The notes under the pieces were generated by a model. The model was not told the origin of the DNA. It saw only the letters and a list, made by a program, of their open reading frames with translations, and made no database searches. A stretch of 15,187 bases of DNA from a virus: the UHGV virus genome UHGV-1764962. One strand, written 5' to 3'. A program made the position numbers and the translations under genes. Below, piece by piece: positions 1 through 6,618 of this stretch. The number at the start of each line of letters is the position of its first letter. Positions within the stretch are counted from its first letter, which is position 1.

Positions 1-30
1 CGTGGGCTCGGAGATGTGTATAAGAGACAG
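1..30. other. Sequencing adapter remnant (Nextera/Tn5 mosaic-end adapter), not biological sequence
   Basis: Bases 1-30 cgtgggctcggagatgtgtataagagacag match the 3' portion of the Nextera read-2 transposase adapter, including the 19-nt Tn5 mosaic end AGATGTGTATAAGAGACAG; located at the extreme 5' edge of the window. Confidence 0.85.
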
Positions 31-137
31 ATCAATAAGTTGGAGTCATTACCGCCAGAGTTAAGGATGAACTTGAAGGAGAAACCTACGAAATTTTCGT
101 AGGTCAAAAAAACGGCGCAGAAATAGATATTATAACA

Positions 138-659
138 ATGACCTACAAACAAGCCCTGCGAGTTGCCGCGCGCGAGTCAAAAGCGGTCCGCCGTTCGCTG
201 ATCGACAAACTGGAAGAATTACAGCAGGCAAACTCCCCTACCCCATCGATCCCCCAGACATTACCAGAAGCCCTACGCCTGGCTGCCGAGTTAGCAGAAC
301 AGAAAATGCAGTTGGAACAACAGCTGGTGGCCGCAGCCCCTAAAGTCGATTTTGCCGACCGGGTATCAGTGGCCAATGGAATCCTGATCGGGAACTTTGC
401 AAAGGTCGTTGGACTTAAGCAAAACGCCCTTTTCTCATGGTTGCGCCAGAACGGCATTCTCATGGCTTTTGGTGCGCGCAAAAACGTATCGCACCAACAG
501 TACATCAACGCCGGGTATTTCACGGTGAAAGAAGTGGTGTTGGATGATGAAAATGGCTACCAGATACGGCTGACGCCCCAATTAACGGGTAAAGGCCAGC
601 AGTGGTTAACTCGCAAGCTACTTGATGCTGGTTTGTTAAAACCAGTAGCAATAGGTTAA
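138..659 (+). CDS. Phage antirepressor C-terminal domain (ANT/KilAC-type) protein, 173 aa
   Basis: ORF aligns by eye along its length with the C-terminal half of the downstream KilA-like protein (shared blocks LPEALRLAA-LAEQK, APKV-FA-RV, IGN-AKV-GL, WLR-NGIL, GYFT-KE, TGKGQQWL, LLDAG). A terminator hairpin follows. Weak SD; start uncertain. Confidence 0.6.
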   Translation: MTYKQALRVAARESKAVRRSLIDKLEELQQANSPTPSIPQTLPEALRLAAELAEQKMQLEQQLVAAAPKVDFADRVSVANGILIGNFAKVVGLKQNALFSWLRQNGILMAFGARKNVSHQQYINAGYFTVKEVVLDDENGYQIRLTPQLTGKGQQWLTRKLLDAGLLKPVAIG

Positions 660-671
660 CAAAAGAAAAAA

Positions 672-696
672 CCTGCCAGCAAACTGGCAGGTTTCT
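672..696 (+). terminator. Rho-independent terminator-like hairpin after the ANT-domain gene
   Basis: Perfect 8-bp stem cctgccag (672-679) / ctggcagg (684-691), loop caaa, followed by tttct. Confidence 0.5.
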
Positions 697-701
697 GAGC
701 A

Positions 702-724
702 GATCGACCAACCCGATCTGGATC
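702..724. promoter_or_regulatory. Cluster of three GATC (Dam) sites upstream of the kilA promoter region
   Basis: GATC at 702-705, 715-718 and 721-724, within 23 bp, immediately upstream of the operator-like site. Confidence 0.3.
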
Positions 725-736
725 GAGTTAGAAAAA

Positions 737-753
737 TTTGCTCTAATAAATTT
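737..753 (+). promoter_or_regulatory. P1 C1-repressor operator-like site (Op53-like) preceding kilA-repL
   Basis: tttgctctaataaattt matches the asymmetric 17-bp P1 C1 operator consensus ATTGCTCTAATAAATTT, as I recall it, at 16/17 positions; sits about 70 bp upstream of the kilA start, where P1 places Op53/P53. Confidence 0.6.
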
Positions 754-771
754 CGCTTTCTAAGTGCAAAG

Positions 772-795
772 AATCACCATTTCGAGCTGGTGATT
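772..795 (+). promoter_or_regulatory. Perfect 8-bp inverted repeat in the kilA 5' leader
   Basis: aatcacca (772-779) and tggtgatt (788-795) are exact reverse complements separated by 8 bp, 28 nt upstream of the kilA ATG. Confidence 0.3.
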
Positions 796-822
796 GAAGG
801 TTGATGCAAATTTGGAGAAAAA

Positions 823-1623
823 ATGCAACAAACATTCAATGCGGATATGAATATATCAAACCTTCATCAAAATGTCGATCCTTCAACCACTCTTCCCGTT
901 ATTTGTGGTGTTGAAATTACGACCGACCGCGCTGGCCGTTACAACCTTAATGCTCTACACAGAGCGAGCGGACTCGGTGCCCATAAAGCGCCAGCTCAAT
1001 GGCTAAGAACGCTGTCAGCTAAACAGCTCATCGAAGAGCTTGAAAAAGAAACTATGCAGAATTGCATAGTTTCGTTCGAAGGCCGTGGCGGCGGCACTTT
1101 TGCCCATGAATTGCTCGCAGTGGAGTACGCTGGTTGGATTTCTCCCGCGTTTCGGCTGAAGGTAAACCAGACATTTATCGACTATCGAGCTGGAAGATTA
1201 CAACCTGCTATTCCGCAGAGTCTCCCTGAAGCTCTCCGTTTGGCTGCCGACCTGGCAGAGCAAAAGCAACGGCTGGAGCAAAAAATGCTTATGGATGCAC
1301 CTAAAGTCGAATTCGCCGAACGCGTTGCTACCGCCAGCGGGGTTCTAATCGGCAACTATGCCAAAGTGCTCGGCCTGGGCCAAAACTATCTCTTCACCTG
1401 GTTGCGTGATAACGGAATTCTGATCGCAACCGGTGAACGCAGGAACGTCCCCAAACAAGAATACATATCCCGTGGGTATTTCACCCTTAAAGAAACCGTG
1501 ATCGATACAAGCAATGGAAGCAGGATTTCTTTCACGACTCGTATAACCGGCAAAGGTCAGCAGTGGCTGATGAAGCGATTGCTTGATGCTGGTGTGCTGG
1601 TACCTGTCGCGGCAACGCGCTAA
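823..1623 (+). CDS. kilA: KilA-like protein (N-terminal KilA-N domain plus C-terminal ANT/KilAC domain), 266 aa
   Basis: N-terminal region has the KilA-N signature (GGGTFAHELLAVEYAGWISPAFRLKV); C-terminal half is paralogous to the ORF at 138-659. SD ggag 5 nt before the ATG. Position behind a C1-operator-like site and ahead of repL matches the P1 kilA-repL operon. Confidence 0.8.
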   Translation: MQQTFNADMNISNLHQNVDPSTTLPVICGVEITTDRAGRYNLNALHRASGLGAHKAPAQWLRTLSAKQLIEELEKETMQNCIVSFEGRGGGTFAHELLAVEYAGWISPAFRLKVNQTFIDYRAGRLQPAIPQSLPEALRLAADLAEQKQRLEQKMLMDAPKVEFAERVATASGVLIGNYAKVLGLGQNYLFTWLRDNGILIATGERRNVPKQEYISRGYFTLKETVIDTSNGSRISFTTRITGKGQQWLMKRLLDAGVLVPVAATR

Positions 1624-1652
1624 CAGACGTAGTAAGAACCACCAGCATTGTA

Positions 1653-2498
1653 ATGCTGGCTAAAGTCACTTTCCTGAGCTGTATAACGATGAGCGATTTT
1701 ACTTTTTCTGGCTATGAATTGGCCTGCTTTGTAACACACTCCGGTCTATCCCGTAGCGCCGGGCATATCCTGTCGCAATGTGCAAATCTCGCGGCAACAA
1801 CCAGTGAATACTTCATTCACAAGCCTCACCGCCTGATCGCGGCAGAAACTGGTTATAGCCAATCAACCGTCGTTCGTGCATTCCGTGAAGCTGTAAACAA
1901 AGGAATCCTGTCTGTAGAGATTGTTATCGGCGATCACCGTGAACGTCGCGCTAACCTGTACCGGTTTACACCATCCTTTTTGGCCTTCGCACAACAAGCC
2001 AAAAATGCGCTGACTGAAAGCAAATTAAAGATCTCTTCAGCGGCAACCAAGGTTAAAGCTGTTATCGCTAAGTCATTGGCTTTATTTAATTTTATATCCA
2101 CACCCCCATGTCAAAATGATACCCCCTCCCCCTGTCAGGATGACGTGGCAATAAAGAATAAGAAGTCACAAGTTAAAAAAACAAAAAGATCAGTTTCCGG
2201 CGGTGCCGGAACGTCCAGACTCAAAAAATTGACTTCATGGATCGCTGAGGCAAAAGCAAAGGCTGACAATCTGCGGTTATCCCAAAAACGCGCTCAAAAA
2301 CATGAGTTCAAGCAGAAAGTAGAGGCGGCTGCGCGGAAATATGCTTACCTGAAGAACAAGCGTTCGCCTGATATTGGCGGGATATCAAACTTCGATAACC
2401 TACCGCATTGCATGACGGTAAACGAAGCTCTTAATGCGGTTTTAGCCAAAAATAAAGATAACGAACAATGGGGTATACCGGCGGGATTCAGAGGGTGA
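1653..2498 (+). CDS. repL: RepL-like lytic replication initiator, 281 aa
   Basis: Immediately downstream of kilA on the same strand; length matches my recollection of P1 RepL. In P1 the lytic origin oriL lies inside repL (established knowledge, not verifiable here). Start could alternatively be the ATG at 1689. Confidence 0.6.
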   Translation: MLAKVTFLSCITMSDFTFSGYELACFVTHSGLSRSAGHILSQCANLAATTSEYFIHKPHRLIAAETGYSQSTVVRAFREAVNKGILSVEIVIGDHRERRANLYRFTPSFLAFAQQAKNALTESKLKISSAATKVKAVIAKSLALFNFISTPPCQNDTPSPCQDDVAIKNKKSQVKKTKRSVSGGAGTSRLKKLTSWIAEAKAKADNLRLSQKRAQKHEFKQKVEAAARKYAYLKNKRSPDIGGISNFDNLPHCMTVNEALNAVLAKNKDNEQWGIPAGFRG

Positions 2499-2719
2499 TA
2501 GATTGCTCTAATCTGGAGTCACCTGGCGTTTTCAGTATGGATTTTCTTTGGCGCGGTCTGGCCATTAGGGATCATGTTTGCTGCAACGTTTCTTCTGATG
2601 TGGGTATTCACCCTTCCAGGTGATTTCTATAGAAAAAAAGCCAGACATTGATACAATCGCTGCGGGTGCTTGAGGCTATCTGCTTCAGGCATTACCCGAA
2701 AAGCAGATAGAAGAAAGCC

Positions 2720-2783
2720 CCAGATAACATTACGCGTCCTGCAAGACGCTTAACATTAATCTGAGGCCATATCTATGCTTAGC
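2720..2783 (-). ncRNA. Predicted Sok-like antisense RNA (extent approximate)
   Basis: Minus-strand promoter-like elements: -35 TTGACC (reverse complement of 2814-2819) and -10 TAATCT (reverse complement of 2790-2795), 18-bp spacer. A transcript from here would be antisense to the mok start codon at 2775-2777, as Sok is in hok/sok. A 6-bp stem-loop lies at 2735-2750 but no clear U-tract terminator. Confidence 0.3.
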
Positions 2784-2981
2784 ATACGTAGATTAGCCTC
2801 TTACCGACCAAAAGGTCAAGGAGAAGCAGGCTATGAAGCAGCAAAAAGCGATGTTAATCGCTCTGATCGTCATCTGTTTAACCGTCATAGTGACGGCACT
2901 GGTAACGAGAAAAGACCTCTGCGAGGTACGAATCCGAACCGGCCAGACGGAGGTCACTGTCTTCACAGCCTACGAATCTGA
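2775..2981 (+). CDS. mok-like overlapping reading frame (modulator of killing) of the hok locus
   Basis: 68-codon frame starting 58 nt upstream of hok and overlapping it in another frame, ending 7 nt before the hok stop. An in-frame peptide just upstream of the hok ATG (PLTDQKVKEKQA) resembles the MokC N-terminal extension as I recall it. Confidence 0.35.
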   Translation: MLSIRRLASYRPKGQGEAGYEAAKSDVNRSDRHLFNRHSDGTGNEKRPLRGTNPNRPDGGHCLHSLRI

Positions 2982-2988
2982 AAGGTAA
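2833..2988 (+). CDS. hok: Hok/Gef-family type I toxin (small membrane protein), 51 aa
   Basis: ATG at 2833 with SD aaggaga 8 nt upstream; translation MKQQKAMLIALIVICLTVIVTALVTRKDLCEVRIRTGQTEVTVFTAYESER has a single TM helix and the two conserved Cys, and is near-identical to HokD/RelF and HokC/Gef as I recall them. Too short to appear in the ORF track. Confidence 0.8.
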   Translation: MKQQKAMLIALIVICLTVIVTALVTRKDLCEVRIRTGQTEVTVFTAYESER

Positions 2989-2995
2989 GAGACCT

Positions 2996-3015
2996 GGCGG
3001 GGAGAGATCCCCGCC
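2996..3015 (+). other. GC-rich stem-loop with GAGA tetraloop in the hok 3' region
   Basis: 8-bp stem ggcgggga (2996-3003) / tccccgcc (3008-3015) with loop gaga, 8 nt after the hok stop; consistent with a 3' fold-back or stabilising structure. Confidence 0.4.
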
Positions 3016-3062
3016 ACTCTTCGTGTGTCAGGTATCCTCAATGCACCCTTTCCTCTCCAAAT

Positions 3063-3090
3063 AAAAAAGCTCCCGAAGGAGCTTTAAAAT
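3063..3090. terminator. Bidirectional rho-independent terminator between the hok locus and the minus-strand structural operon
   Basis: Hairpin aaagctcc (3066-3073) / ggagcttt (3078-3085) with loop cgaa, flanked by an A-run on one side and ttt on the other; on the minus strand it is followed by a U-run, 20 nt after the end of the 3105-3614 CDS. Confidence 0.55.
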
Positions 3091-3104
3091 ACAAGGGATA
3101 ACTC

Positions 3105-3614
3105 TTAATCCCACTCAATCCAGTTGTAGACGATACGAAGTGACGGGCGCACAGCGGCAGTCACATCTTCGGTACTAAAGTCGATTGCATCACTGTAGAT
3201 TTTGCAGTCCAACATTTCAATTGTTGTAGCAGCTTTTGTCACAGCGTTAACCCCGGAAGATTTGGATTCAGGGGTCGCAGCCATCGTGATATCAACATAG
3301 TCCTTCGCCGCAATGCGATCTTTAATGAACTGAAGAATATCGCCTTCGATAGTCTCCACGCACTGGACCTGGATTTCCCCAGAGTTTCGAATTGGACCGT
3401 GCTGGTTGAACTTCACACCATTCGGACCATAGTCCTCCACATCCTCGCGGGTCATTTCAGGAATTTGCGACGTGCGAACCAGTACGCTGATATCTTCATG
3501 GCCTGCAAAAGTGAGCTGGAATTCAGAAGATACCAGTCGTTCGCCTTTGGCCGCGTTGGCAGTATAGCGGCCCTTAATAAATTTACGGTTTCCCTTAGTG
3601 TTATTGTGCCCCAT
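3105..3614 (-). CDS. Hypothetical phage virion/morphogenesis protein, 169 aa (tail tube candidate)
   Basis: Last gene of the minus-strand operon headed by head and sheath genes; SD aaaagga before the ATG; size in the tail-tube range. No family assigned from sequence alone. Confidence 0.4.
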   Translation of the reverse strand: MGHNNTKGNRKFIKGRYTANAAKGERLVSSEFQLTFAGHEDISVLVRTSQIPEMTREDVEDYGPNGVKFNQHGPIRNSGEIQVQCVETIEGDILQFIKDRIAAKDYVDITMAATPESKSSGVNAVTKAATTIEMLDCKIYSDAIDFSTEDVTAAVRPSLRIVYNWIEWD

Positions 3615-3625
3615 ATAAAATCCTT

Positions 3626-4207
3626 TTACTGGAACGCCCGAACAATATCGGAGCTGTTATATATCGAAGAACCGGTCAACTGGAGGTTGACGGTGTTTTT
3701 CAGGAAATGCCCATTGCTGTCCCTGGGCGCATCGAGATCGAAACTTATGTCCTGGATAGCGACATCAATGATGTTGATCCGGCGACCAATGTTTAGCGTC
3801 ACACGCTCCGGGATTCGACCACCAATACTGGCATCTTTAAGTTCCGGGCTAATCATCGCTGACAATGCGGCGATAGCTCCTGAAACCTCCGTGAATGGGT
3901 CAAACAAAGCGATGAAAGTTACTGGCAGCGTGAAAGTCGGCGGTGTTCCCCCTTCCCAAACCATTAAGCTGTTCCAACGGGCAACCGACGTTGTTTCAGT
4001 ACCAACCTGCGCAAAACCACTGAAGGCACCAGCAACAGATCCCATGGACATACCGGTAAACGGCGCTTCCCAATTCTGGGCCATGTTCATTGCCGCTCCC
4101 TGGCTGATATATCCGGTAACCTGGTACTGAGAGTTCGTTAAAGTAACTTTCAGATATGGCGATACACCGTCAGCCTGGCTGTAAACCCCATAAGGTATAG
4201 GTGCCAT
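3626..4207 (-). CDS. Hypothetical phage structural protein, 193 aa (tail tube or baseplate candidate)
   Basis: Tightly packed ORF in the same operon; Gly/Ala/Ser/Thr-rich. Preceded on the minus strand by the hairpin ggccggag/ctccggcc (4219-4236). Confidence 0.4.
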   Translation of the reverse strand: MAPIPYGVYSQADGVSPYLKVTLTNSQYQVTGYISQGAAMNMAQNWEAPFTGMSMGSVAGAFSGFAQVGTETTSVARWNSLMVWEGGTPPTFTLPVTFIALFDPFTEVSGAIAALSAMISPELKDASIGGRIPERVTLNIGRRINIIDVAIQDISFDLDAPRDSNGHFLKNTVNLQLTGSSIYNSSDIVRAFQ

Positions 4208-4242
4208 TCAAGTTAAAGGCCGGAGTTCTCCGGCCTCCTCCT

Positions 4243-5058
4243 TTAGCCGAGGCGCTTACGGCGCAGTTTCATTGACTTTTTGCGGGCCAGTTTTGCCGCG
4301 CCGGTCTGGGCTTTACGACGCGCTTTTTTCAGCGCCGATTTTTGAGCCGCAGTCAGACGTTTTTTACGCAGGCGTTTACGGATGAGTTTGATCTCACCGT
4401 TACGAACAACCTTCTTAAATGCTTCAGTCAGCATTTCATCAGAAGTGCCAGCAACAACAAACGCCGCTTCCAGTTCGTCACGGTCGTCGCTATCTAAACC
4501 AGCGATAGAGGCACCAACATCAGCGGCTGCGTCGTCGTCTTCATCGTCAGCCAGTGCTTCGATCAGGTCATCATCTACACCGCATGCTGCGAGGAAGTCA
4601 GCAACATTTGCCCATGCTTCGTTATAGGCATCGTCCTGTTCTTCTGTAACTTCGGAGTCGTCGTCATCAGAGATACCAGCGATAGCCTGAACGAAACCAT
4701 CAAGGGAGTCGAAAGTCAGATCACCGCTATCAGCCCAGGCGAAAACGGCGTCGGCCGCATCACTCAACGCATTCTGCATAGCACTTCGATTTGCAGCTTC
4801 CAGAATCATCTGGTGCGCCTGTTCGACGGTCCATTCTTTACCGTCTTTCCCTTCCAGGATTTGCTCAGGAGCCGGGGCAGATGGAACGTTATCGTTAGTC
4901 TGTGCCGCCGGTTCCGGATTATTATTAATAACCGGATCTGTTGGCGGTTCGGCGCTTGCTCGGGCAGACTCCATCAGCTGCACAGGATCAGAGTTCAAAG
5001 CGAAACGGGACAGTCCATTCCCCAAAAATGCCCCGGATTGAAAAAAGTTTTTGCTCAT
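4243..5058 (-). CDS. Hypothetical virion-associated protein, 271 aa, strongly acidic body with a highly basic C-terminal tail
   Basis: ATG at 5058 with SD aagggaa, 9 bp after the sheath gene stop. Central region is Asp/Glu-rich (DDDDSEVTEEQDD, ADDEDDDAAAD); the last ~45 residues are Lys/Arg-rich (KRLRKKRLTAAQKSALKKARRKAQTGAAKLARKKSMKLRRKRLG). Confidence 0.5.
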   Translation of the reverse strand: MSKNFFQSGAFLGNGLSRFALNSDPVQLMESARASAEPPTDPVINNNPEPAAQTNDNVPSAPAPEQILEGKDGKEWTVEQAHQMILEAANRSAMQNALSDAADAVFAWADSGDLTFDSLDGFVQAIAGISDDDDSEVTEEQDDAYNEAWANVADFLAACGVDDDLIEALADDEDDDAAADVGASIAGLDSDDRDELEAAFVVAGTSDEMLTEAFKKVVRNGEIKLIRKRLRKKRLTAAQKSALKKARRKAQTGAAKLARKKSMKLRRKRLG

Positions 5059-5067
5059 TGTATTCCC

Positions 5068-6558
5068 TTACTTAATAAGCAGCGGTACGCCCTGGATACG
5101 ACGGGCTACGCCAGTCGGGCAGCAGGCCCAGACTACTTCCCATTTATCGAATTCCGCCTGCGTAACTTTCAGCACATACGGTTCTGTACCGTCAGGGCTA
5201 TGCTTCATCTGGCGGGCTAACTGGACAAAGAAACGGCTGATTGCATTCATCAGGGATGGGACGTGCTGGAAGTGCAGATAGTTATCCTGCGTGCAGCAAG
5301 TTAAAGCATCGTCGATGATCATCTGGCCAGAGGTGCCAACAGATACTTTATTGAGGCGGCCCTTAACCATTGCTTCTTCGTCCGGGGTATCTTCCGGATA
5401 CAGCGGTTGAATTGACGCACGAGCAATGACGGCACGTTCTTCACCAGCCGGTGAGTAATGCCAACCGCCGACATCAGAGTTTTTCTTGACGCCACGAGCT
5501 TTCGCCGCATACGCCGCGCCAGACAGACCGAAGACCACACGGGATTGGGTCCATTTGTCTTTGCAGGAGAACGGGAAGTGATAGACAGCACAGCTTACAT
5601 AATCGGTACCAAGTAAACCGGTATCTTCAACAGCAGAGAGCGCTTCCGTGTACGTCAATGTCGGTTTGACATCAAAGAAGCCATCAATCAGGCGATCAGA
5701 ACAGATATTACCTAACGCGGTGATCGCCGCATTGTCATAGCAACCCAGGCCGAGAACAGCGGTGTACATGTACGGCGCATTGTTCAGCACCTTAACCGCA
5801 CGCAGGTAGGCTTCGGTGGAGATTTTCGACTGATCGCCGTTGGTACCGCCAGTGAACGCCAGTGATTTTTTATTTGTTACTTTCGCGGTCGAAATCAGCT
5901 CTTCATTAACAACCGCGCGCAGATATTTAGAACGGGCTTCCAGAGCCGTAGGCAGATAACACAAGCGGCCCATGTCATCTTTCGCTTCTTCCGCCAAAGA
6001 CACAGTGTGTGTCTCCAGGGTCGTTACCACGCCGAGCGAAGTCGTCTGGGTCAGTTTCAGGAGGAAGCGTTCATTACCTGCGCTGTCCGCTGTTGCCGTT
6101 TCAATGGTTAACTCACGGGTAGGTGAAATACACGGATCACCATCATCAACGTAGATAGCAAAGGCTTCGCCGCTATCAAGTTCAATTTCAGAACCGTATG
6201 GCAACGCACTGTAAGCCGGTTCGCCTGATTCATCGAACATAATAACCGGGAACTTCGCATCATCCGGAACAGCACGGACAACATAACCAGACGTTTGCTG
6301 AATAGCTTCGTATACATGGCGAATTGGTTCGAACTGTGAGCCGGAAGACGGCTTCAGCGGTTCGCCGAGAACATCTTCGTAATTGGACTCAGTAACCGCA
6401 AGAACAGTAAACGGCTTGCCACGCGCAAATACGCCAATACCAGCCCACAAGCTGCTATTTAATGCAACACCTGTAGATAACGTCGCATCGGCATTGATCG
6501 GGCTAACCGCGACGCCGGATGCATTACCTAATGACTGTTGAATTGAATATTGAGACAT
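5068..6558 (-). CDS. Putative contractile tail sheath protein, 496 aa
   Basis: ATG at 6558 with SD agggaaag; sits directly downstream of the head gene, as sheath (gene 22) follows head (gene 23) in the P1 map as I recall it. Assignment by gene order and size, not by search. Confidence 0.5.
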   Translation of the reverse strand: MSQYSIQQSLGNASGVAVSPINADATLSTGVALNSSLWAGIGVFARGKPFTVLAVTESNYEDVLGEPLKPSSGSQFEPIRHVYEAIQQTSGYVVRAVPDDAKFPVIMFDESGEPAYSALPYGSEIELDSGEAFAIYVDDGDPCISPTRELTIETATADSAGNERFLLKLTQTTSLGVVTTLETHTVSLAEEAKDDMGRLCYLPTALEARSKYLRAVVNEELISTAKVTNKKSLAFTGGTNGDQSKISTEAYLRAVKVLNNAPYMYTAVLGLGCYDNAAITALGNICSDRLIDGFFDVKPTLTYTEALSAVEDTGLLGTDYVSCAVYHFPFSCKDKWTQSRVVFGLSGAAYAAKARGVKKNSDVGGWHYSPAGEERAVIARASIQPLYPEDTPDEEAMVKGRLNKVSVGTSGQMIIDDALTCCTQDNYLHFQHVPSLMNAISRFFVQLARQMKHSPDGTEPYVLKVTQAEFDKWEVVWACCPTGVARRIQGVPLLIK

Positions 6559-6573
6559 AACTTTCCCTGTTAT

Positions 6574-6592
6574 GCGCCCCGCACGGGGGCGC
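6574..6592 (-). other. Intercistronic GC stem-loop between head and sheath genes
   Basis: 7-bp all-GC stem gcgcccc (6574-6580) / ggggcgc (6586-6592) with a 5-nt loop; no U-run follows on the minus strand, so more likely a processing or stability element than a terminator. Confidence 0.4.
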
Positions 6593-6618
6593 TATGTTAA
6601 ACGGAGAACTTCCCCTGA

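Noticed and set aside
31-99. Open frame ending at a TAG at 100-102, possibly the 3' end of an upstream gene cut by the contig edge
   Set aside because: Only 23 codons remain and there is nothing to anchor an identity; not reported as a feature.
3399-4130. 243-aa plus-strand ORF
   Set aside because: Lies entirely antisense to two tightly packed minus-strand structural genes with good SD sequences and spans their intergenic gap; no SD of its own.
4382-4627. 81-aa Ser/Ala-rich plus-strand ORF
   Set aside because: Low-complexity translation produced by reading the Asp/Glu-rich codons of the acidic protein gene on the opposite strand.
5319-5591. 90-aa minus-strand ORF inside the sheath gene in another frame
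   Set aside because: Completely nested in a longer, better-supported CDS; no independent start signals.
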